DNA of 64,000 nucleotides from positions 32,001 to 96,000 of IMG/VR virus record IMGVR_UViG_3300036985_006427. One strand, written 5' to 3'. The notes beneath the pieces are model-generated. The model did no database searches. It saw nothing but the letters and a program-made list of their open reading frames with translations, and had not been told where the DNA came from. Shown here piece by piece: positions 22,501 through 30,441 of the stretch (positions are counted from its first letter, which is position 1; every line of letters begins with the position of its first letter). Position numbers and translations under genes: made by a program. The stretch comes from a virus.

Positions 22501-25500
22501 CTTTATTTACTATGTTAGAATTTGCAGACGCTACAGCCGTTTCTCCAGCTTTTGCGACATTGCCTTGCTCAATAGCCTTTTTAGCTTTTTCATGCACGCC
22601 TGTTAAAGAATCAACAGCTTTAGTTAAAGCAAAAGCAGCTATACCGCCAGCAGCAAACCCAGCAATCAATGGACCAAGTACTGGACCAGAACGGGCAAGT
22701 ACTTTACCTAGCTGTGGACCTAATTTAGTTAGTTGGGAGCCGAATTTACCTAATCGACCCGGAAATTTTTCTAATATCTCTCCTGCTTTTTTAACTCCGC
22801 TTTCCAAACCACTGTTCTTGGCTCCAACTTGTAAGCCAGCACCTACTCTGGAAGATTTACCACGGAAGAATTGACCAATGTCTTTCAGTCCTGCTGCGTT
22901 TAATTTTAGACCAAAAGCTTGAGCAGCAGCAGCAGCACCAAGTAATCCTGCAAGAAGTGTTTGCAAACCACCCACTAACCCATCGGCAAATTTTGCAAGA
23001 GCGCTGCTATTTTCATCAATTTGTGGTTTTAAATAACCTAAGCCGCCAATAACAGCAGACACCCCAACAGATAACTTCAGAAGGTAATCATCATCTTTTT
23101 TTCGTGTTTTACCTGTTGGTGGACTAGTTGGAGATGTTCCTGTGCCAGTTCCAGCGTTTGGACTAGTCGGACTAACTGGAGGACAAGGACACACCGGAGG
23201 AACTACTTGAGGAGTTGCTGCGGGTAGACTAGTTGGATACCCTAGCCCTCCCGGTTTTGGATTGGTAGTTGCTGCGGGTGGAATAATGACTGGAGGTTTT
23301 ACCGTAGTCATTGCCGGGTTTCGTCTTTGCACTGAACTTGGCTTCTTGCCTAAGGCTAATTTAGCTGCATTTTCTTGAACTCCAGCAGCCTTGATAGCTT
23401 GAGCGTTTGTCTGTAATTCTGCTGTGACCTTATCTCTAATTTCCTTTCCTCTTTTTAAAGATTCTTCTTCTCGCTGTAAAGCAGCGTTTGTATCTTTTAG
23501 ATTTTTATCCATCACTGTGGATTCTTTCAGAAGATCATTCAGCTTTTTCGCATGCTCATCTTGAGCCTTCCTGTGGGTTCGTAAAGCCTTTTTATATTCG
23601 TTTAAATCTTTCTCGACCGATTCTTTGCTATCACCAAAATCCTTGAAACCATTTGGACCAGATTTTTTTCTAAGAGCAAGTTTACGTTCTTCAATTTTTG
23701 CTTTAATTTCTGCTTCATTTAATGGTTTCGAGGAACCTCTAACATCAACAGTAGTTTTAAGATCTTTTACTGAAGTTAGATCGGCAAATTCCTTTGTTTT
23801 TAAATCTATAGCGGATTCTTGTTCAGCCTTCTTTGCTTTTAAAGAGCCGACAGTAATCTCTTTTTTGGATATGCTTGATGAGATACCAACCTGTTGTCTT
23901 TGTAAATTACCCCTATCTTTTTGCAAATTTTGTCTAGTTACTTTTGCTGCATCTCTCATAGCTTCAAGCTCTGCTTTAGTAGGAGACACTGGAAGAACTG
24001 CCGGAGTAGTAGCCACTGGAGGTGCTGCAGTAACTGGCGGAGTAGTAGCCACTGGAAGAACTGCCGGAGTAGTAGCCACTGGAGGTGCTGCAGTAACTGG
24101 CGGAGTAGTAGCCACTGGAGGAACTGCCGGAGTAGTATCCACTGGAGGTGCTGCAGTAACTGGCGGAGTAGTAGCCACTGGAGGTGCTGGTACAGCAGCT
24201 TCTGGTGCAGGAGGTTCTGGCTGTTTAGGAGTTGGAGTTCCTAAAAATTCAGCAGCTTTCTTTTCTTTTACGTTAGCCTCTTGTGTGAGTTTAGCGTTTT
24301 TCTCTAAGTTAGACTGAAGCTTATCTCTAATTCTAATCGAACTATTTAAACTATCCTGTTCTCGCTTTAAAGAATCTGCTGTCTTTTTTAACGAGTCTTT
24401 GAGATCTGTTTCTTGTTCTTCAAGCTTCTTGGTTTGTAAATGAGCAGAAGCCATATCTTTAGCCAAAGATTGAAGATTACCTTTTAATAGTTCTAAATCC
24501 TTTGTTACAAAATCTCTACCTCCAAGGAGTTCAAGCTCACCAGAATCTCCGTTAAGAGCAGATTCACGTTTCTTAATTTCACTTTTTATATTGACAGAGG
24601 TTTGTACGTCGGACTTTCTTTTCCTCTTATTCACATAAATGTCATCACTCACTGACGTCAGAGTAGATATTTGTTCATTCCTCTGAGCATCTAAAGCGTT
24701 TATATTACCTTGTTTTTCAGTTATGTCACCAGAAACATGAGCCTGACCGCTTTTTAACCCATCTCGTTTCTTTTCTAATTCTGCTCTAGTTTCGATTGCC
24801 GCTTTGTGAATAGCTTCAACGTCTGATGTTAAATCCTCTGCAGATAATCCAGCAAAACCTTCACCACTCTTTTTTAACTCCTCGGCCATCGCAATCATAG
24901 CTAATTCAGCGTCACCAGTACTTGCTAATATAGATTGTGCAGCAGTATTAGAGCCTGCAAACAAATTAGCAAAAACTTCTCTGTTTTGACCAGCATAGTT
25001 TTCAATAAAATTTAAACTAGCACCAGTCTTTTTCATAGACGTTACAAGAGCTTGAGTTATTTTATCTGTTATTTGCTTTTGAAAAGTACCTTCTTTTTCG
25101 CTAGCATAACCAGAACCTCCTCCACCAATCTTGTCTCCAGCAGCAACATCCACTAAATGACCAACCTCATGATCTATTGTTCCTGTTGTTGCTTTATCCT
25201 TGGCTGTCTTAACTTGAAATACACGCTCATTTTTGTCGTTTCCACCAGCTCTAAACTGACCGTAGGATGAACCACCATCAATATTGTCAACAATCCCACT
25301 TTTGTACTCTTCAGTACCTTGACCCTTTTCAATTCCGTCTAATATTGCTTTCTTTATATCTTCTGGTAGATGATTCGTTACTTTTTTGAATGCCTTACCG
25401 AAATCTTCGGCGGTCTTTACTTTATCTTTTCCACCAACCCGTGCTCGCACGATATCTTTAGCAGCTTCGTCAGTCGCTAGACCTCCAACTTCAAAACGAT

Positions 25501-27952
25501 TCCAACCGCCTCCAACCGAACCGCCCTTGGCGAATTTAGCAACACCCTGCTTGTTCATTCGGTTAAGGTTTCCATAACCGATACGCTGTGCAGAGCTTTT
25601 GTTCACAACAAACTCACCGGGAGTCAGCAAAGCTGGAACCGTGTCTGTTCCAGCAGAACCTCCTTCAGCGAATTTAGCAACACGCGAACCAGATGTGGAA
25701 CCTCCAGACGCTTTCTTTGAAGTATTTGTCGCTTTAGGTTGAATTTGTATATTTTTGAAAGTAGATTCATATAAATCTGAAGCTAATTGATTTTTTATCT
25801 TTTTGTGAAATTCTGCTGGTGCAATATTACTGTTACTTGAGCCAGCAGACACTTTAGCGTCAATATACTTGATATTTTTCAATGCCTTGAATAAATTCCC
25901 AGAGTTTATACCGCCGGTAAAGTCAAATGGTCTATTTTCTTCTTTAGCTTCAACAGCAATTGGCTGACCATTGAAAGCATCAACAACATCTTCAAATAAA
26001 TTACCTTTTTGAGCTTGAGCTAACTTATATTGCGGAGAAAATCTAACTTCATCCCCTTTTAATTTAACGCCAGCGAAGTTTCCAAATTTATTTACTACAG
26101 ATTTTATTAAAACTTTAGATTCTTCGTTTACGATATCATCGAAATTAATCTTTTGCTCATATCCAATACCTTCTGCTAATGTAGAATATGTTTTTTGTTC
26201 AAATTGAAGTTGTTTTCGTGCTATATTTTTTATGTCGTCGGTGGACATATTTCCAGAACTGCCGTATATGTCTTCGATTGATAATGATCTTAGTCCACCA
26301 AATCCAGTTCTTGTCTTTATAATATCATCAATAGATACTATAGCTTTTCCAACTTTTGGTTCGAGTTCTGGATTTATTATATCTGGAACTGCAATTCCGA
26401 CAGAACTTTCTTGAGCTATTCCTCCAGTAGCATATCTATGCTCATTCATCGCCGCCAATTTATCAGCACCAATTTTATTGACGCTGCTCTTGCGGATTAC
26501 GAATTCTCCGGGAGTGAGCATAGCCGGAACGGTGTCTTGATTTCCAACACCCGGAACAGAACCTCCTCGTGCAAAACCTAATATTCGTCCACCATCATTT
26601 TTACCCAACGTTCCCAATCCACGAATAGCAGCTCCAGCGCCAGAGGCGAAAGAACCTAGGCCCTTAGCGAATTTAAATGCAGCCATAGCAGCAATAAGAG
26701 GAACAAGCGGTTTAATAGCATCAGCGACTTTGATTAACGCACTAGCAACTTCTAAAGCTGTACGAGCAAAAAGCTGAAAAGATGTGCTTTCGGCAATACT
26801 ACGAACTAAAGCTAAAAATTCTTCTTTGACTTTAGTGATTTGAACCGCTAAGGCTTGCTGTGCAGTAGCGGCATCCTTAGTCAATGAACCACTACCGGAT
26901 TGCGCGACATTGAGAGCATTTTGAGCTACAGAAAACTGCTGTAGTAAAGGAATGACTTTACCAATTTGTCTAAAACCACCGAGTTCTTCAGCTACTCTAA
27001 TAAATTTAATATCACCCTCTTCTAATCCAGATAATGCTTGTGCTAATCGTTTAGAAGCTTCGAATGGTCCAACAAATTTACCCTCCAAATCCAATAGTTC
27101 AACGCCATATTGACGTAAGAACTCAATTGTCTGGGGTCTTTGAATACGTGTAAAGATCGTTCTCAAGCCAGTGGCAATACTTTCAGCACTTTCACGAGTT
27201 GTGGCTCGAACCGATGTAAATAGAGCTAATAGTTCTTCTAAACTACCGCCAGAAGCTTTAAAAACACCACCAAATCTGCGAACAGCACTGATTAAGTCTT
27301 CAGCTTCAACGGCAAACGCTCCAGCAACAGCGTTAACAGAGCCAAGCTGTGCTTCTAAAGCACCAACACCTTGTCCAAACTGAGCTAAAATAGCAACAGC
27401 ACCCTCGGCAGTTTCTGTGATGCTATCGAAGTTTGGAGCAAGAGTTGTTTTAGCAAGAGCCTCAAGGGCCACTTTTAAGTCGTCTGCACCAATACCAGCT
27501 TGTGCTAATATAGTTGCTGTACTTAATAAGTCTTTACTAGAAGTGCCAAGGCCGACAGATAGTCTAGTTATTGTGTCTGTTAGGTCTCTTAATTCACCTA
27601 TTGACTTACCTGTAACTTGAGAAACTTTAATGACTTCCCTTTGGAAAGCGATAGATTCATCTATTGCGCCAGCTAAAGAATTTGTAAACAAACTGACTGC
27701 ACGACTTGCAATCGTAAAAGCTGCAAATCTTTTTATAGCCAAACCAAAAGATCTACCCATAGCATCAGCGGCAGAAGAAGCTCTCTGTGTTGCCGCTGTT
27801 AATTGGTTTATCTGTTTGGTGGCAGATCCAGCGGCTTTGATAGACACTGGAATGTTAACGCCCTGAAGTTGTTGATTTATTTGCTGTACAACTTGAGAGG
27901 CGTTGTTTGGAGCTTGCAATTGAATTTGTGCAGTGAGTACAAATTTAGCCAT
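19574..27952 (-). CDS. Tape measure protein (2792 aa) with internal cargo-like domains
   Basis: N-terminal TP901-type TMP core (LAQAG..ALAKT..ESAESIATGLRTIFTRI), Ala/Gly-rich hydrophobic segments, coiled coils, three DTVPAxLTPGEFV motifs; follows tail tube and chaperones. Confidence 0.93.
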   Translation of the reverse strand: MAKFVLTAQIQLQAPNNASQVVQQINQQLQGVNIPVSIKAAGSATKQINQLTAATQRASSAADAMGRSFGLAIKRFAAFTIASRAVSLFTNSLAGAIDESIAFQREVIKVSQVTGKSIGELRDLTDTITRLSVGLGTSSKDLLSTATILAQAGIGADDLKVALEALAKTTLAPNFDSITETAEGAVAILAQFGQGVGALEAQLGSVNAVAGAFAVEAEDLISAVRRFGGVFKASGGSLEELLALFTSVRATTRESAESIATGLRTIFTRIQRPQTIEFLRQYGVELLDLEGKFVGPFEASKRLAQALSGLEEGDIKFIRVAEELGGFRQIGKVIPLLQQFSVAQNALNVAQSGSGSLTKDAATAQQALAVQITKVKEEFLALVRSIAESTSFQLFARTALEVASALIKVADAIKPLVPLIAAMAAFKFAKGLGSFASGAGAAIRGLGTLGKNDGGRILGFARGGSVPGVGNQDTVPAMLTPGEFVIRKSSVNKIGADKLAAMNEHRYATGGIAQESSVGIAVPDIINPELEPKVGKAIVSIDDIIKTRTGFGGLRSLSIEDIYGSSGNMSTDDIKNIARKQLQFEQKTYSTLAEGIGYEQKINFDDIVNEESKVLIKSVVNKFGNFAGVKLKGDEVRFSPQYKLAQAQKGNLFEDVVDAFNGQPIAVEAKEENRPFDFTGGINSGNLFKALKNIKYIDAKVSAGSSNSNIAPAEFHKKIKNQLASDLYESTFKNIQIQPKATNTSKKASGGSTSGSRVAKFAEGGSAGTDTVPALLTPGEFVVNKSSAQRIGYGNLNRMNKQGVAKFAKGGSVGGGWNRFEVGGLATDEAAKDIVRARVGGKDKVKTAEDFGKAFKKVTNHLPEDIKKAILDGIEKGQGTEEYKSGIVDNIDGGSSYGQFRAGGNDKNERVFQVKTAKDKATTGTIDHEVGHLVDVAAGDKIGGGGSGYASEKEGTFQKQITDKITQALVTSMKKTGASLNFIENYAGQNREVFANLFAGSNTAAQSILASTGDAELAMIAMAEELKKSGEGFAGLSAEDLTSDVEAIHKAAIETRAELEKKRDGLKSGQAHVSGDITEKQGNINALDAQRNEQISTLTSVSDDIYVNKRKRKSDVQTSVNIKSEIKKRESALNGDSGELELLGGRDFVTKDLELLKGNLQSLAKDMASAHLQTKKLEEQETDLKDSLKKTADSLKREQDSLNSSIRIRDKLQSNLEKNAKLTQEANVKEKKAAEFLGTPTPKQPEPPAPEAAVPAPPVATTPPVTAAPPVDTTPAVPPVATTPPVTAAPPVATTPAVLPVATTPPVTAAPPVATTPAVLPVSPTKAELEAMRDAAKVTRQNLQKDRGNLQRQQVGISSSISKKEITVGSLKAKKAEQESAIDLKTKEFADLTSVKDLKTTVDVRGSSKPLNEAEIKAKIEERKLALRKKSGPNGFKDFGDSKESVEKDLNEYKKALRTHRKAQDEHAKKLNDLLKESTVMDKNLKDTNAALQREEESLKRGKEIRDKVTAELQTNAQAIKAAGVQENAAKLALGKKPSSVQRRNPAMTTVKPPVIIPPAATTNPKPGGLGYPTSLPAATPQVVPPVCPCPPVSPTSPNAGTGTGTSPTSPPTGKTRKKDDDYLLKLSVGVSAVIGGLGYLKPQIDENSSALAKFADGLVGGLQTLLAGLLGAAAAAQAFGLKLNAAGLKDIGQFFRGKSSRVGAGLQVGAKNSGLESGVKKAGEILEKFPGRLGKFGSQLTKLGPQLGKVLARSGPVLGPLIAGFAAGGIAAFALTKAVDSLTGVHEKAKKAIEQGNVAKAGETAVASANSNIVNKVTIALGILAGVLIAVSGPLGVLVGVTIGIVAIGLKLADAFGLLEGPLNAFRKTLAFFGLGPSTDTVKQEARLAAARKKQENEASKNANDVAMAMQRVESGSSTLTDEFTKGNLTGNLNNEFGVLAQSIALSNSRIEDVNNSFWALEGASTMAGLAIAGPLGALVGSMLQGQLDKSNDKKRAEALKEQIPDQEKATTAFMEQLPMFGNVLADQIMRGATADEAERTVTDNSAFKAATTSQFSPAEQARIDANVQQSQGPGARVFSDLEQQEIKIRGFEKQREEAGKQSLKAAKEQAIRQLALIKATNFGLGTLSDSLDATNKKLSKLLTIDQVGDKFGDSLDILQTALTSAAGTLSAKELDGAIATLEGTLREAGASEAAIGNASGAAKGFNTAFSRLNKDSDSFANIQKKLTEKGPAGATPQEISRILSEELTAGLDPEVATRINAGLDEASSKFNGEDLAEIQAGNFGPLREALQKTSDAFNKEVLGVLQKRSEAEQLLIKGIQQRIASEQEYVAAQRRAIELQLEAGKIFEEFGGKALTAGEKQQARVASFNVGAEAVGVRGLQTGNAGDIQSVSADISNQFLQLEERARAGAVSGERAFSGGAGAEEDTRERLKALQQDLISQTKQEIEARKEELQLIQRKNQAEKDSLESLISGDIEGFLEKQAAAGAGAALASGSSALTSLFSGSALGAGFKTLEGQGLSDDKKRRAEDLTLQRFGVQSTGVLSGTTTEEQAKKAEGRELATTLGQLGQQAAEFERAEVNTKQAIVYAQELTIGDIGKQLNQALGGAAAAPAQAPAAAPAPPGLYRGGPVYANRGMFVPRGTDTVPAMLTPGEFVVNRSSVQRGNNLQILQAMNKGGGASAPGAMSGGGKARYYNVGGAVDGVGSAFSAAIPQLTTIFNNFAATVDKLIGSKFQVALDTTNINVNFNGASFLETMKEDIKQELLTEVGKQISQFKTNTSGDLKKTNSVLG
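23988..24188. repeat. 63-bp tandem repeat, ~3.2 copies, encoding (P/L)PVATTPPVTAAPPVATTPAV inside the tape measure gene
   Basis: Units start at 23988, 24051, 24114 and 24177 and are nearly identical. Confidence 0.95.
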
Positions 27953-27979
27953 GACTTGGTCTTACCTTTTTATGTAAAT

Positions 27980-28900
27980 TTAGACTACACTTTCCGCTTC
28001 ACTTTCCTCTTCACTTTCCGTATTCTTTTCTGTCGTTTTTTTACTCTTTGTTTTTGGTTTCTTTACACTTTCAGGTTCTACAGTCAGTTCTACGATCAGG
28101 TCGTTTTCATAGTCGGCTAATTCATAAGTTCCCTCTTGAGTTAACTTAGAACCTTCTCGATCTATTCTGTTGCCTTGATCGTCGATGTAATAACCGTCTT
28201 TGTCGATATTTTTACCCTTTGTATCAACCAACTGGCTTGGGTTTTGAGGATCAACCAAACTCAAATCTTCATTCACCAAACCAAACTTTGTAAGGAATTT
28301 ATTTTCTGGTAAATTCTTCTCAAAATCACTGTCTAAATTATACAGTATCTTTCCCAGCAACCCTGCGCAAGCGTAGGCTATTTCGTCCGCACTTTTATTA
28401 TTATACTCATTAAAGTCTTTATAAACGCGAGTTCCGTTTTTATAGAAAGAGCAACTAGCAACGAGATAATCGAATCTAGAGTTGTCGGCTAAATTATCAG
28501 CCGTATTTTCTTCCAGAGTGATTCTTTCTGTGATCAAGTCTCTCAACTCAAAGCGTTTTCTTCTGATTTGAATGGCAACGTCTCTGCCTTCAGATAACTT
28601 TGGCTTTGCTTTGCCAATTTTGCCTTGATAGAGTTCTCTTTCGAGCATCAATATTTCTTTGGTTATTTCTTCTTCTTCTCTGTCTTTGGATTCATCCCAA
28701 ATGCCACGCTTTCTCATGAAAACTGCTAGTTCTTTTTTGGTCAAGATATCATCTTGAATACATTGATTCCAAACCTTGGATTTGTATCTTTCAGCCATCT
28801 TCAAAACTTCATTGCTTGGCTTTTGTACGTAAATTTCAACTTCCTTGATTTCACCGTCAACGTTAACGCTAACCTTGGTTTCCATCTTATTATTAATCAT
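27980..28900 (-). CDS. Putative tail assembly chaperone (G-like, 306 aa)
   Basis: Directly upstream of the tape measure; paralogous to 29273-30307. Confidence 0.55.
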   Translation of the reverse strand: MINNKMETKVSVNVDGEIKEVEIYVQKPSNEVLKMAERYKSKVWNQCIQDDILTKKELAVFMRKRGIWDESKDREEEEITKEILMLERELYQGKIGKAKPKLSEGRDVAIQIRRKRFELRDLITERITLEENTADNLADNSRFDYLVASCSFYKNGTRVYKDFNEYNNKSADEIAYACAGLLGKILYNLDSDFEKNLPENKFLTKFGLVNEDLSLVDPQNPSQLVDTKGKNIDKDGYYIDDQGNRIDREGSKLTQEGTYELADYENDLIVELTVEPESVKKPKTKSKKTTEKNTESEEESEAESVV

Positions 28901-29270
28901 TCTGTTCCCCTTTTCCTTTTATTCTTGTATAAACTGGAAGAGTCGCCTGATATCTCAACCATTTGACATCATACTGGGCTAACTCGGCATCAACATTCCT
29001 GCATTGAGTGTTTCCCTTGTCGAGAATCTCAGATCTAACTTTTTGAAAAATTTCATACATAATTATTTGTTCAGGTGATAATTCCCCTTCCTTTGATAAC
29101 CATAAAAATGAAAAATGATCTTCCATAGAGCTTAAAGCTCCAATCATTGTTGTTTCCACTTTTTTCTTTAAAATTTTACTCAATCTGTCCCGAGAGTCTT
29201 GCTTGTACTTGTCCTCTCTTACACTTTTATACTCTGATTGCTTTCTTATCAATTCTTCGAAATTGTCCAT
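28893..29270 (-). CDS. Hypothetical protein (125 aa)
   Basis: AAGGAGG RBS; sits between the two chaperone-like paralogues. Confidence 0.7.
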   Translation of the reverse strand: MDNFEELIRKQSEYKSVREDKYKQDSRDRLSKILKKKVETTMIGALSSMEDHFSFLWLSKEGELSPEQIIMYEIFQKVRSEILDKGNTQCRNVDAELAQYDVKWLRYQATLPVYTRIKGKGEQND

Positions 29271-29272
29271 CT

Positions 29273-30307
29273 TTACCTCCTTTTATCCTTCATCATTTGA
29301 TGTTGAGTAGCTTGAACTTCTATTTTCTTATCTTGAAAGTCAAGGTCTGTAACGTTACCAAGACGTTTAACTGTATCTAATCTTTGTTTTCTGACTATTT
29401 CAGCTCCAAACGAATTCATGCCATGGATATTTTCAGCCTCTTTGGCAGAGTCCGTCATGATCATGATCTCATCTGAATTTGCTATTTTTTGATTTGATGT
29501 TTTTGATTCTAATTCACTCTTGGCTTTTTCGCTTTTTTGTTTTCTTTTCTGTAAGATAAACCAACCGTCGAGCATGTCGTCGTCGGCTATAACTTCTTCT
29601 GTTGGACACTCCATAGACTCTTGAATGTTATCATACATACTTGACCAGAGTATCAATGACTTTTGATCATTTGATAATACTCTGTTTGTTTCGTTTCCAA
29701 AAAGAGCGGAGTAGCTTTTAGAATGCCAACAAACTCTCCAAGGGTCGTTTCTCGCTAGATCTCTGATTTGCTTTTCTGATAATTGTATTGAATTATATAG
29801 ATAGTATAGTTCTGTCAAATCTACATTTCCGATGTCCAACAACTCATTGCCAACAAAACAACACTTGCCAAATAAAAACAGCGACTTTTCTTGAGTGGCA
29901 ATACCTTCACACGTTTTACTGAAAAGGTCATCTTTTTCATTGTTGAGTTTGATCAAAGCTTTTTCAGCAGCCCTGATATAAAGTCTGATGGTTTCTCTTA
30001 GCTTTTCTTTGCTTCTGGAGTTGAAGATTTCTACTTTCAGCTTGTCTATATCTTTTTTACAACCTTCAATTTTTTCTTCTTTTTCTTTTGTCCACAATCC
30101 ATGACCTTTCATCCATTCTAACATTTCTTCGTACGTAAGAATATCATCCGATCTAGCTGCATCAAAAGATTCCATGAAGACTTCGTTGGCTAAAAACTCA
30201 TCTTCTATGGTTGGAGTTACAACCTTTACTCGAACATTTTCTAATTTTAGAATATAAAATCCAGATCTTATTCTTGATATGAAATACTCCCGTTCATAAG
30301 AGTTCAT
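29273..30307 (-). CDS. Putative tail assembly chaperone (GT-like, 344 aa)
   Basis: Follows the major tail gene; N-terminal half paralogous to 27980-28900, plus a distinct C-terminal domain (WSSMYD..CPTEEVIADDDMLDGWF). Confidence 0.5.
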   Translation of the reverse strand: MNSYEREYFISRIRSGFYILKLENVRVKVVTPTIEDEFLANEVFMESFDAARSDDILTYEEMLEWMKGHGLWTKEKEEKIEGCKKDIDKLKVEIFNSRSKEKLRETIRLYIRAAEKALIKLNNEKDDLFSKTCEGIATQEKSLFLFGKCCFVGNELLDIGNVDLTELYYLYNSIQLSEKQIRDLARNDPWRVCWHSKSYSALFGNETNRVLSNDQKSLILWSSMYDNIQESMECPTEEVIADDDMLDGWFILQKRKQKSEKAKSELESKTSNQKIANSDEIMIMTDSAKEAENIHGMNSFGAEIVRKQRLDTVKRLGNVTDLDFQDKKIEVQATQHQMMKDKRR

Positions 30308-30340
30308 AAAAACCTCATGATACGGGAGTTTAGTGATTTC
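30281..30340 (-). promoter_or_regulatory. RNA hairpin covering the RBS (GAGG) and AUG of the 344-aa gene
   Basis: mRNA ACUCCCGU-A-UCAUGAG-GUUUUUAUGAACU-CUUAUGA-ACGGGAGU: 8-bp perfect stem plus 7-bp stem with one G-U pair. Confidence 0.7.
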
Positions 30341-30441
30341 ATAAAAAAGTCCTTCCTCACCCCATCGTCACTCGCTATCCTGTGTCGCTATCGCAGTTCA
30401 GGGGTGTGTCCATCAGTAACAAAAACTTACCGATAATTACA

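Noticed and set aside
23988-24188. Tandem repeat as a possible CRISPR array
   Set aside because: No unique spacers; the 63-bp in-frame unit encodes a Pro/Thr linker
19614-28120. Many plus-strand ORFs (e.g. 22107-22874, 23625-24317)
   Set aside because: Antisense shadows of the tape measure gene; no coherent protein motifs
27980-30307. Programmed -1 frameshift between the tail chaperone genes
   Set aside because: Each ORF has its own RBS and start, and no convincing slippery site joining the frames was seen; not exhaustively scanned
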